Positions 1 to 11,199 of a stretch of 64,000 nucleotides of DNA are shown piece after piece (positions within the stretch are counted from its first letter, which is position 1; each line of letters starts with the position of its first letter). Position numbers and translations under genes: made by a program. Source of the stretch: Macrostomum hystrix (lineage: Eukaryota > Animalia > Platyhelminthes); contig CATNEN010000007.1 in assembly GCA_950097015.1 (NCBI GenBank), forward strand, positions 1,860,001 through 1,924,000, in the 5' to 3' direction. The notes under the pieces were generated by a model. The model worked only from the letters and a program-made list of their open reading frames with translations, ran no database searches and was not told the DNA's origin.

Positions 1-1489
1 TTTAGGACCATGCTATCTCAGCTTGGGACGAGCAATCTCAGCCAACATATAAGTTCTATGTTATTCTGTCTATAGTTTTGTTAGCATTTGAAGCTGTTCC
101 GCCAAAATGAGGGCAACCAGCAACGTTGATAGAAGATGCTTGATCTCCGCGTGGAAGGAAGGACAGGATATTGGCTAGCCGCTACAATTCTTGGCATCAA
201 ATTGAAAACCGCTCGCCACATCATTGCCACTTTTGAAGCTACAGGTCGGATTGATGCTCTTCGGCGCGGAGGCCGGAAGATTGGCTCTTGCAAGCTGGAC
301 GATGAGATGCGCCAAGTGCTCATCGGCCTCTTAAATGAAAATCGGATGGCGACACTGAAAGCATTGCAGACTAATCTCGCTGCTCAGCTTCCAGACAAGC
401 CACCGGTCTCCATTAAGACAATAGCCAGAGCTCTGGATGGAGCCCTGTATACATTTAAGATTGCCACTAAGAACTGCGATATTCGATTGAGCGCGAACTC
501 TCCCGCGTTGATAGAGAAGCGACGCGAGTATGCGCTATTCATGGCGGGACTGCAACTGGATACGGTGGTAATCTATATAGACAAGACGGGGTACAACCTC
601 TGGACGCGCAGATCACAGGGAAGGTCGCGACGGGGTCAGCCAGTGAGACGGCGTTGCCCAACACAGAGGGGTCCAAATCTTTCCATCTGTCTGGCCGTGT
701 CATCTGCACTTGGGTTGGTGAAGAGTGAGTTTTTCAGAGGAGGCCAGACAAAGGAGAGGTTTCAACAATTCATCAATGACCTCGTGGAGCAAGTCATCCC
801 GGAAATCGGCAACGCCAGAGTCGTCATAGTCTGCGATGGTCCAAGCTTTCATCGTGGTGTGACAGTGCCGGAGCAGCACCGCCATCAGTTTGAAATTCAG
901 CTGCTGGCCGCTTACTCGCCGTTTCTCAACCCGTGTGAGATGGCTCATAGTGCAGTGAAGGCTTCGATCAAGCTGCAGCTCGCTGACCCCGCACTGGTGG
1001 AGGAAGAAGCTGGTGGCCGACCTGATGGAGTCACCTGCGTGGAATGGCGCATTTTTCTGCTGGAGCGAGTGGGCCGAGACTCTTTGCAAGTTGTGACGTC
1101 AATGAAGGTAGCCAGGTGGGAAATTCACTGCAACCGTAGCTTCCCACAATGCATCCAGGAGGTACCTTTCAACTAAACTGAAATAGTCTGTTAACTGATC
1201 GTCTCTGGTAGCCATTTTTAAAGTTTGCTCTGTATATCCCATCCCATACTCAGTTTTCTGTTACCCAGTTTTTCTCTTGTCAATAGACTTTAAAAATGTT
1301 AACAAAACTATAGACAGAATAACATAGAACTTATATGTTGGCTGAGATTGCTCGTCCCAAGCTGAGATAGCATGGTCTTAAAATGCATGTCTATGGTAAA
1401 AATTAGCAGCTTCAGTAAAAAAACCGCAGTGACAAGATGGGCTGGCTGAGTTTGAATGCCCATAGGCTGAGATAGCCTGACAAAAGCTA
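1..1489 (+). mobile_element. Tc1-like DNA transposon with long terminal inverted repeats (left end cut by window start)
   Basis: Bases 1-89 are the reverse complement of about 1294-1382 with about 2 mismatches. The right TIR probably runs on to a TA near 1488-1491. Internal direct repeats GCTGAGAT(A/T)GC at 1341, 1361 and 1466. Confidence 0.85.
136..1176 (+). CDS. Tc1/mariner-IS630 superfamily DDE transposase, 346 aa, uninterrupted
   Basis: N-terminal HTH-like region, then VIYID-K-TG, VIVCDGPSFH and YSPFLNPCE motifs; 33 residues between the second D and the E (counted by eye). Confidence 0.9.
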   Translation: MLDLRVEGRTGYWLAATILGIKLKTARHIIATFEATGRIDALRRGGRKIGSCKLDDEMRQVLIGLLNENRMATLKALQTNLAAQLPDKPPVSIKTIARALDGALYTFKIATKNCDIRLSANSPALIEKRREYALFMAGLQLDTVVIYIDKTGYNLWTRRSQGRSRRGQPVRRRCPTQRGPNLSICLAVSSALGLVKSEFFRGGQTKERFQQFINDLVEQVIPEIGNARVVIVCDGPSFHRGVTVPEQHRHQFEIQLLAAYSPFLNPCEMAHSAVKASIKLQLADPALVEEEAGGRPDGVTCVEWRIFLLERVGRDSLQVVTSMKVARWEIHCNRSFPQCIQEVPFN

Positions 1490-1609
1490 TATTTACTTCA
1501 CCAGTTTCAAATCGCCTAAGCTTCACAACCCAAGATTACCAAATCTGCCATGCATGCATAAAAACCCCAAAGGGGGGGCAGCTAAGCAACCCCTGAGAAA
1601 CTTGGGCCT

Positions 1610-2206
1610 CGACAATGAATCCAGTGATGAATAGTCTTTCTTCACTGCTGAGAGCGATGGAGAGGACGATAACCAAGCCGACAATAATGGGCTGCTAGAA
1701 GATGAGCCAACTCTTCCGCTTGACGATTGGAGGTCGGTAACAGCCAGAGACTGATGCTCGTTTTAATAATTTTTGGGTGTGAATGGAGTTAACCCTGGAT
1801 TTTCTACTCCTGATGATGTTGAAGACAGCGGGGCGGTGATTTTCGAGCAGTTTCTACCGGATAATTTGCTGCTTCAGATGTGCGAGTGGACAAATAAGAG
1901 AGCACAGCTAGAGATCGCTAAGTTTCAAGATGAACATGGAGATGAGGAGCTGCCATATGGCTTGAGAACTCCGAAGCCGTGTGAAATGAAGAAAGTAATT
2001 GCCGTTATCTTGTATACCAGAGTTGTTCAGAAGCCAGAGCTGACGTCCGTGGACCCGTTCTACTTCCATCCCTACTTCCATCCCTACTTCCAGAGCATGA
2101 AGATGCTCCCTCGCTCTCGCTTCCAACAGATCATGGCGTGGCTGCGTTGCTATGACTGCCTAGATTTCAATGACGATGATCCCTTGTGTAAGATAAGGCC
2201 CTTGAC
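1610..2206 (+). pseudogene. piggyBac (PGBD/DDE_Tnp_1_7) transposase N-terminal fragment
   Basis: Acidic leader with stops, then FEQFLPDNLLLQMCEWTNKRA...EMKKVIAVIL...MLPRSRFQQIMAWLR...DPLCKIRP. Breaks off at about 2207, where Gypsy sequence begins. Confidence 0.8.
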
Positions 2207-3869
2207 GCCCAGTCGGAGTTCTTGACCAGCATCAGCACTCTTTGGACGATTTCCTTCTGCAGCTGCTGTTCAACTTTTCCCCGCAGAGCAAACGGCACAG
2301 GCCGCTCCTTGAAGAACTTCGGTCTGGCGGTCTCCTTAAGACTGATAGACACTTGCTTGCCGTTGAACTCTCCCAAGCCTTGGAAGACATCCGAGAACTC
2401 CCAGCTCTTCAGCTGGCTCACCGATACGCTTGACTGAATGCCAGTCCAGACGCAGCTGGGCCAGCCAATCCCGGCACAGGAGGTTCGGACCGTCGCCAGC
2501 GACAACGAGCAGCCGCAGTTGCGCCTCACAAGAGCCGGCAGACCCACGCACTCGGACGGACAGCTGGCCGATAACGCGCACGGCCTGACCGGTGTAGGTG
2601 CTGAGCTGAATCGTTGATCGAGACAGTGTAACCAGGCCTTCCATGGTCGTTTTGAATGTGCGCTCAGACATCAGCGACACAGATGCACCTGTGTCCACCA
2701 TCTCGTGCTGCCGCCCTTCGATAAAGACCGATGTCACGATCGGCGAAAACCTTGACTGAGGCCGGTCTGATTCCAGGTGATAGAACGGATAAGACACCTG
2801 GTCTGGACCTTCGCTCGTGGTCTCCTGCTCCACCAGCTGGTGTGTCTGCTGCTGCTGCTGATCTGCCTTGCAGGCCTTCGCTGTGTGTCCAGTCTTGCTG
2901 CACTTAAAACAGCGCTTGCCCACGAAGGGGCACTTGCTGGCCAGGTGACGGGTTGAGAGGCAGCGGAAGCAGCGCCGACGGCCTTCAGCTAGCTGTCTGC
3001 TATCTTCTTCTGGTCACTGCCGCTCCATCCGCAGCACAGCGTCGGTGCTGCAGAGCTCGCTGATCCCAGTGACCGGCAGTTTATGGCTGCTGACTCGCCT
3101 GCCTGAGCGATCTTCTTTGCTGTGTCCAGGGTGAGGGTCGGCTCCATCAGTAGCCGGTGCTGGATTTGCTGGTCCGAGATCCCGCACACCAGTCTGTCAC
3201 GCAGCATGTCGGACAAGCTGTTTCCAAAGTTGCAGAACTCGGCCAGCTCCGCCAGACTCTCCAGCACGCTGGCCTCGGTTGTTAAAGTGGAACCTCTCGA
3301 CACTTGGTCTCGGGTTGAAATGGCCACTCCGCCGCGAGCAGATGTCGTACGATTTCTCAGTGACTTTGGTTGGGGAGCACATGCTTATGGCCAACTGGAA
3401 TGTCTTTCTTCCATAAAAAAACCAGCAGAGTTGCGCTCTTTTTGTTCTCGTCAGTAATGTTCAGGGCAAGAAAATGCTGCTCCAGGCGCTCCTGGTACTC
3501 ATCCCAGGTTTCAGCGGAGTCTTCAAATTCTCCGATTCCGTGGGCCGGCATGGCTGGGCCACTATTCTCTTCACCACTGAAATAGCTCTGAAACGCTGAT
3601 GGTTAGCGCGAGAGCGATAACTTCTCAGAGCACCACGCTCCAGTCAATATAAACATGCTTAAGGCGTGAACGAAAGCGAAAACACATTGCGCGCAAGGAT
3701 TAAGGTAATAAAAGTGAGTAGCTTCAAATCACAGTCAGTCTGCCTGCGCGGTGTACTGTACTATACCGGTTAAAAGGCCATCTCGTACATAAAAATAGTC
3801 AACAATTAAGCCGCGGCCAGCGCGGTGTACTCGGTATACATGCTCTGGCTGCGCACTTACTACGTAACA
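2207..3869 (-). mobile_element. Truncated Ty3/Gypsy LTR retrotransposon (5' LTR, gag, protease, start of RT), frameshifted
   Basis: LTR 3869-3579 starts TGT and ends CA, followed by PBS-like TGGTGAAGAG. Gag: ETWDEYQERLEQHF and LRDRLVCGI, with two CCHC knuckles. Protease: VDTGASVSLM. RT start PVPFALRGKVEQ...SDWAS, then truncation. Confidence 0.9.
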
Positions 3870-4248
3870 GGGGTGTTTTATCTTATTCTTCGTATGTTCC
3901 ACCTCACTTTATATGTAAAATAATTACAACACTTTAGCACGAGTCTCTTTCTCTTATTTGAAAAAACGTCACTTTTATTCTCCCTAAGCTTCTCTCAAAT
4001 GTTTCTCCTCCTTAAAAAATAGAGTCTATTTATACACCTTATACCAATATGATTTTTTAAGAAATGTGCGTTACAATATTGTGAAAATATGGTAATTTAA
4101 ACAAAATGATTTTAGCATCATTAGATTATTTTATATGCGATTATTATATTTTTACAAATGAAAACTTTATTTATTGAAAGAAAAAGAAACAGATTAATCT
4201 TGACCTATTACATGCTTTAAAAATAATCTCAATAGTTTATTATTATTA

Positions 4249-6674
4249 CTAGCTTTTTTTGCCCGTTGTTTTTGGGGCAGAAATTTAAAGCAAAGCAGTA
4301 AGCAATTCACGTCTCTGTATTAACTTTATAGTGAAGGTCACCATTTATTTATTTACTGCATTAATGAAAAGTGAAGAGTTTGTTTAAGTGCGTTTTAAGT
4401 AAAAAATAAGTGAAAAGTTTGTCCAAACAGCCCCCTCTTGATTACTTCTTTAGAAACATGTCTCTTAGCCACTCCTCTATACAGTCAGTGGCAGATCCAG
4501 GAATTTTGTTTTGGGGCGGTCTGTCAGGGGTTTGTTTGTCGTTTGTCATTCTTTGTCGCCGATGGGTTTCCAGTGCGAATGTCAATTTGCCTGATGTTGA
4601 TGTGGTACCCATCCTCTCCGTCCCAGAAAATAAGCGGATACTGCAATGTATCATAGGCTTTGTGCAGCTCAGAAATCCTTTGCAACTGATTGCTTCGCAG
4701 CTGCAGAACAATGTCTCGCTTCTCAAATTCCTGCCCAACAATTTGAATTGCGACATCGTTAACAACTGGTGCGTTATATCTCCTCTCATGCTGGCCTGCA
4801 GGCCGTTTATCAGCACGAATGACTACTCTGTGCTCCTCTGTGTCCCGTGGCAACCTCTCCATGGCAGTTTTAAATTGACGAACATAATTATTTTTCTCGT
4901 GCAGGACTTCCTGTAACTCAAATACAATGTTGGCACGCACTCCTGGAGCGATTCTACATCGGCGCTCAACCTGCTCTTGATGATCTCCCATGAAGTAGAT
5001 CTGCAGGAACTTTGGCTCCTCTCCAGGCAGTGGTAGCAATGATCCTATGTCATGGTACACCTGACCTTGGACTTTGAATGCAGGCATGAACCCTGGCTCA
5101 CGGACAATACTTTTAGCTCCAAAAGAAGTCATTTGAAAGCAGCTGTTGTATCACCGGATATTAGACAGAAAGTGCTCAGATTCTTCTGTCTCACCCAGCA
5201 ACAGATGCCGAAGGCATGGTGGCAGGTTCTCGTTCAAAGGTTCAAGTCTGACCTTTCCGTTGGAACAGCACATGCCTGGAGTTTCGTTGGCCCATCTTAA
5301 TGCATTGCAGCGTGCGCATTTGACCGACATTCTCGCCATCGCAAGTTTAGGATGGACACCATAGACAACAGTGGGATCATAACTCAGAGCCGCATTCAGT
5401 GCCCAAGGACGTGGGCCAGCTGGCTGATCAGGTTCGTCAACGTTGGGGTTTGTTGGGGCCGGGGGTGGTCCAACAAATTGGAAGGTCTCAGCGCGTTCCC
5501 TATGCCGCTCTCGATCATCCTGCCGACGCACTTCAGCCTGGTTGGCTGTTTCATTGCGACGGGCCTCGGCAGTCCGGTCTCTGTCCAGTTCTTGGCGCTG
5601 CTGTGTCTGGACTGCAGTCTCATTGCGACGGGCCTCGGCAGTTCGCTCTCTGTTAAGCTCTCGTCGCCTATCTACGTCTCTGCCGTGACTGGCTGTAGAA
5701 CTTATTGCAGCTCCAGCACTGCTTCCACTGGTGCCTGATGTCTGTGCTCTTGTCCGAGGTCGAAGGTTATAAGGCTGGACTGGCTCAGCTTCATTTTCAC
5801 TTGAAGCTGCTTGTGGCTGTGCTGAGGTGCTTGGTCTTGGTGCTGCTGTTGTTGCGCCGTCTTCTACTGCATCGTTTGGCCTTGCTGTTGCTCGTCGAGC
5901 TGCTTTAGTCAAGCGACTTAAAAAACTTTTCTTAGGTGGCATCTGAAAGTTAGAAGTAGTCCGAATGACAGGGGACCTGTGTTGAAAAATCTTTCTCTTC
6001 TCTTCAGTGGGAGAGGCTAAGCCTCTGTATATTTTAGCAAAGCACTGTACGCCAGCCTCTCTTTCTAGAGGCTGGCTGGAGAGAAATATCGACAGGAGAG
6101 CCCTGCGCACTGGGACGCCACCGCACTCACCGCACTCAGTCTCAGTGCTGCTTGGGGGCCAGTAGACAGTCTAGGGGTTTGGGCTGTGTACATTCACGGC
6201 TTGAAATACAATGTACAGTCTGGGGCTTCGGCGCCCGGGGAAGGGAGGGGGTGGCTGTAATAAAATTTGGCCCGCAGAGTGGCGGAGGGGAGTTGGGGTG
6301 GCTGTCCTCGGAAAACAAAAAGTGACTCACTTTGAGATGATGCAGCTTTGCTCTGGATTGAGTAGAGATGTTCAAAATTGACAGCATTGTTGGAAAAAAT
6401 GTAAAGTCTAAGTGGATCAAATTTGGAGAAAATCTGACAAAGTGGGGCGACGATATGTCGAATTGAGTGATTTTTTGACGATTTTTGAGCAGTTTTTTGC
6501 ACTTTTGAGCAGGAAGGAAATGATTTTTCGGGAATTTGAGTAGCCTATTGCACTCAGCGTAGGTGGTTTTAGGTATGTGCAAAGTTTGGTGCGATTTGTT
6601 TGAGCGGTTTCGGCGTCTATAAAGACAAAAGGTTGCACACACACAGACAGAGTTTTCACTTTTATATATATAGA
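4249..6674 (-). mobile_element. Non-autonomous Helitron with both termini, retaining the N-terminal part of RepHel
   Basis: 5' end TCTATATATATAAAAG at 6674, preceded by A. 3' end is a TGCCC..GGGCA hairpin plus CTAG at 4249, followed by T. ORFs 6110-5151 and 5132-4524 are in one frame, separated by one TGA, with CxxC..CC and FKVQGQVYH / LQYPL motifs typical of Helitron N-termini. Confidence 0.92.
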
Positions 6675-6709
6675 TTATTAAAACGCGCACGCCATCTATG
6701 GGTGCTGAT

Positions 6710-7260
6710 TTTTTTTTTTATATATATTTTTTTAACAACACATTTAAATGAACACCGAAAAGCAACATAAAAAGCGAAGTTTAGTAGGAATCAAATATCG
6801 AGCTGGGAAGGGAAAGCAAAGGTATTAAAAATAAGAGCAGTAAAAACACAAGGGACGGCAGGGATAAAACAAAATATGAAATATCTATTGTTGAATGCTA
6901 GTAAGATCTCGTAGTCTCAGGGCAGCTGTTCCCTTATTTTAGATATTTCTATGATGTATTTTGCTAAAGCTTCAGCGGTTTCCCTATCGTCTTGAGCCAT
7001 TATGTAGTTAGATTTTTCTTCTGCTGTTAAGGATATGAAATTGGGGGTTTTCCCAGAAACTTCCGTCTCAAATTTCGAACGTGCTGCGCTATACTTATTC
7101 CAAGTGCACTTAAAAAGTGTTCTACATTGTGAGTCAAATTTATTCAAGAGAAAATGGAGGACAGACTTGGGGTTTAGTGTCGTAAAATGCAAGAGGCCTG
7201 TTTTAGCTAGCCTTATTTTATTTATTGCCAAAATGTTCTCGTTTTTAGATGTTAAGAGTG
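6710..7260 (-). mobile_element. 3' end of a LINE (CR1/L2-like ORF2 C-terminus plus A-rich tail)
   Basis: VLHFLL...KYSAARSKF...NFISLTAEEKSNYIM...LAKYI resembles non-LTR ORF2 C-termini. T-rich tract at about 6710-6735 would be the A-tail. Confidence 0.55.
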
Positions 7261-7403
7261 TATAAAACTTATGTATAAAATGTGCACAACTGGTCTAATC
7301 CATGGTTAGGCGTAAATTAATTATTGTTAATATTGTTACTGTTTCACACGAACATTATCTTTGACTTTTGTAGAAGGAAGCCCCCTCATACAAGCAAAAA
7401 GCC

Positions 7404-8891
7404 ATGGTCCGTGGAAGCAAGTCAGCTGCCATCACTCTGTCCGTCTTCATCGTCATCTACTTGCTGGCCGGTCTGGCACTGCTGAGCGCCGGAATCTGGA
7501 TGAGTATGAGAGGAAAGGAAAGATATAACATTGCAACCCAGCTGTCCGAGGTGCAGAAAGAACACCTGGTGTCTTTGAACGATTTCGTGTACAAAAGGAA
7601 ACAACCTGCCGGGGCTATCAGCTACATGTTCAACTACATTTTTGTCGCCGTAAGATTCAGCTGTAGAAGCTTCACAATGACCGTATTGCAGCTTTGCAAT
7701 GATCTTAGCAGCTTTGCAATGATCTTAGCAGCTTTGCAATGATCTTAGCAGCTTTGCAATGATCTTAGCAGCTTTGCAATGATCTTAGCAGCTTTGCAAT
7801 GATCTTAGCAGCTTTGCAATGATCTTAGCAGCTTTGCAATGATCTTAGCAGCTTTGCAATGATCTTAGCAGCTTTGCAATGATCTTAGCAGCTTTGCAAT
7901 GATCTCATAGCAAGCTTTATTCCTTTCTCATCCGACCCTTCCAGTTTGGTTGCTGCGGTTTGAGCAATGCAGAAGACGCCAGGCTAAGCCAGAGCTGGCA
8001 AAACTCCAACCGCACCTGGGTGATGAAGAATGCCACGGCTGCCCGGATGTTTACCCCGGCAGCTTGCTGCCCAGTGCAGGCCTCGAAGAAGTTCGAGCTG
8101 CTGTCGGGAACTCATTGGTCATATCTGAACGACTACCTGGTAGACCTGGACTGCCCCATCACTGGAGTAGGAATTCACAAGGATGTAAGCTCCAATTGTT
8201 AGACTATACAGAACAACTCCACTAACGAGCCTTTCTTTGTGAAAATCCTGCATTACATAAGAAAGCAGACAAGATGCCGCCCGGCGCTCAATTTTAGGGA
8301 TGCGTTGACGCCGTGTTGAACTTCATCGAGCGCTACGCCATTTCGATTCTGATCGGTTGCGGAGTCTTCGCTGTAGCTCAGGTAAAATAAAACGCTATTG
8401 AAAACTCTGAAGGGAAGATGTACACTAGCACCCGTTGTACACCCCGCCTGCTTTCTGGTGTACTAATATTTGGAGCGACCGGTGGGCACTGGCACATCAT
8501 TAGGGCGAAAGTGAACTTACAAGAGCCAGCAAGGAGGCGATTCTGCCCCCCTGACTGTTGAGCACACGCACATGCACTTTGACACAAACTCACACAGATG
8601 AATTTTCATCGTCAGACAAGAGCATACTAAAACTGATTCGAGGGTTTTCCCCTAAGCCTTCTCTATGCAGTTACGCCCCAAATGAATGAGCCCCGCCGAG
8701 GAATCGAGCTCGATCAGTTGACATTTGGGTCCTATAATCGAACACTACGCCACAGAACAGCATTTTCTGCACGTTCGGACCAATTAATGTTGAGGTGGAT
8801 TCGCCATGTTTTGGAGTTTTAAACTAAAATAAATTTATCGTATGAATTTCAGCTTCTGGTGCTTATCTTCATTCTGTGCATGATATGTTGA
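7404..8891 (+). CDS. Tetraspanin-derived protein, 202 aa, with only TM1 and TM4
   Basis: Exons 7404-7649, 7945-8184, 8298-8381, 8853-8891; all GT-AG, all phase 0. Large-loop motifs NYIFVAFGCCG, PAACC and GC are present; TM4 is YAISILIGCGVFAVAQLLVLIFILCMIC. Confidence 0.85.
7686..7905. repeat. 20-bp minisatellite (GATCTTAGCAGCTTTGCAAT), about 11 copies, in tetraspanin intron 1
   Basis: Direct tandem copies visible in the sequence. Confidence 0.97.
8480..8760 (-). mobile_element. tRNA-derived SINE-like repeat, family B (related copy at 19905-20150)
   Basis: Shares CACTGGCACATCATT, CCTAA(G/A)CCTTCTCT and CAAATGAATG..CGCCG(A/C)GGAATCGAGCTC with 19905-20150. B-box-like GAGCTCGATTCC on the - strand. 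Confidence 0.6.
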
Positions 8892-10091
8892 AAATGAAAA
8901 GTAGAGTTCGGTGACGATTTAAAGCTACATCAAATAAATGAAGGAGACTAGCGAATCTACTTTTACGATACATTTTACTTCACCTGTGCATGTGTAATTG
9001 TAATGTTCAGAATGCAATCTATCCTACTTTCTAAAAAATATTCATATGGAGTTCCTCTACAATAAGCACACATTTAAAAAACCGCAAAGAATTACTGATT
9101 TTCGAAAACCCACTTTATCTATTTGTCTCTTCATTCGACTCTACGTGATTTGTGCATTTTTAAGTTTGTGATCAATAGAATTCTGCTGACCGATTACAGG
9201 ACACAAGCGAGAGACCAAATGCACTCCATTCGTATATAAAGATGTTTCGCAATTTTTCGTTGTAAATATACACAGATTTCTGTTTTGACGTCAATGGTGA
9301 AAACAAATCGACGCGTGCACTTTAACTATATTGCTTTTACAGTTTTTTTTTACAAAAATACTAGTTTGTAGTAGCCCCATTTTTAGTTAAATTTAACTCT
9401 GACGCTAAATCGTTTGAATTCTGGACAGAAAATGTTTAAAAACTAAGGGATATTTCATTTAAGATCCAAGGTTAAATAAATAATTTTTTCGGCCAGTTGT
9501 GCGGAACAAGTGTTAGTTTAAACTTTAAAGTGTTAAACAGGTGTTGGTGTCTCATTTAATTTTTCCGATGTAAGTCCAGGTTGGAAGTGGCGACGTGATA
9601 TCAAAAGTCATAATGAAACGCAAACACAAAGGACAAATAATGAAGTGTTGAATATTATACTCGTACCCAGGACTTTTACATATAGCATCTAGACTTGAAG
9701 CTCCCCAACCCCCCCCTTACCTCTGGAGGCCACTCCATATTATGCTTTTCTTTTGCTTTTCTCTCATTTCTGGCTCTCTGAAACCCATATTGAACGGACG
9801 TCACAACCTGCACTGATAAGTGATTTAATAGCATTAGCATACAAAGCTTTTATTTCATTCCAAACAATAGCTATAATTACACAAAATTTGCACTTCAAAA
9901 AGAATAAAATAGGTAAAAAGTAATGAATTGGCATTCATGTGAAAAAGCAAGACATGATATAATGGCTTCTAAAAATCACACAATTAAAAAAACGACTATT
10001 CGTGCTAATGATGGCATTTCGTGCTAAGTTTAAAATGATTGATTAGTCAAAATTCATGGCAGGAAACGAAATTGTCACTTAATTGTCTTGT

Positions 10092-11030
10092 TCATTTTGG
10101 ACTTATCGCACCAGTCAGCTTTGCCACTTTTCTCTTCCTTCGGCCAGCGCCTCCATCCGTAGACAAATCCTTCACCAGATTCTTCATCAGACAGTTAAAA
10201 AACGACTTCTGAACTGCGAGTTTAATGTCATGTCCTTCAGTGCAGGAGGTCGAACACATGATTGAAGAATATAGTTCATCATCCATCAACTCGTCAAATA
10301 AGTGGCACAGCAGCTGTAATTGATCAGATCTGCTCAGTAGCATCTTTCGAAGCCCCTCTCGCTGCCGAACCTCTTCGAATATCTGCCAACAGTGCTTCGC
10401 AATACAGAAAGTGACCTCAGTCGGCTTGTACAGACCTCCACGATTGATTTCATCCAGAAATCCTGCAGCAGCCGGGTGCAACCAGTCCTCCGACTCTAAA
10501 GGCAACAATTCATCGCAGCACAGAAGAATCCCTCGACAAGACTCGCATCGGCGCTTCCTGAGGACACTCCGGGCAACTGCTCCGCTAATGTACGAGGCTC
10601 GTAGTAGATAATTGTGCAGTCCGAGCTTTCCGGTTGCACTTCCATTTCCATCACTGCGGCCATCTCTTTTGCAGATTCTTCTAGACTGAGTGTACTTTCT
10701 GCATTTGGCTCAACTGCTTTGTCAATTTCGCTGAGCGAAAGGCGAGAAAATTTCAAAAGACTGATGGTCGCATTTTTTTTACTGTCTAATAACTGACGAG
10801 CAGAGATAAAATAATTCGCTCCTGACATTTGTCTGAGCCAGCCAAACCTGCGCTCGATGCTGTCCGATTGCAGGGAGCCAAGAAGCACATGAGAAACCCT
10901 TGTGACTTAGCAGGTGTCTAGCACAGGCTGCGATTGACAAGCAGGTTAGCCGGCAGGCAAGAAAAGTCTCTAAGGACAATCCTGGTTCTCGCGTTGTCTT
11001 CCAGGCTCTGAATCATGATCATAATTCAGA
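10092..11030 (-). pseudogene. P-element/THAP9-type transposase, C-terminal half, frameshifted
   Basis: SLETFLACRLT...LLSHKGF, then LLGSLQSDSIERRFGWLRQMSGANYFISARQ (QSDxxE catalytic motif), then RGGLYKPT...FFNCLMKN. Frameshifts near 10890 and 10500. Confidence 0.82.
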
Positions 11031-11199
11031 GCACTTACTCAGATGGAAAGTTCCTTATAAAGACATCAGAAAGTACAGCAACAAAGGCCCGTCCAATGAC
11101 AAATGGCGTACGAGACAAGGTTGCCCCTTGTCGCCGCTACTATTTTCCCTATACATACGAGCGTAGACCCACTGAGTGCTTTATTAAATGAGTCATTTT

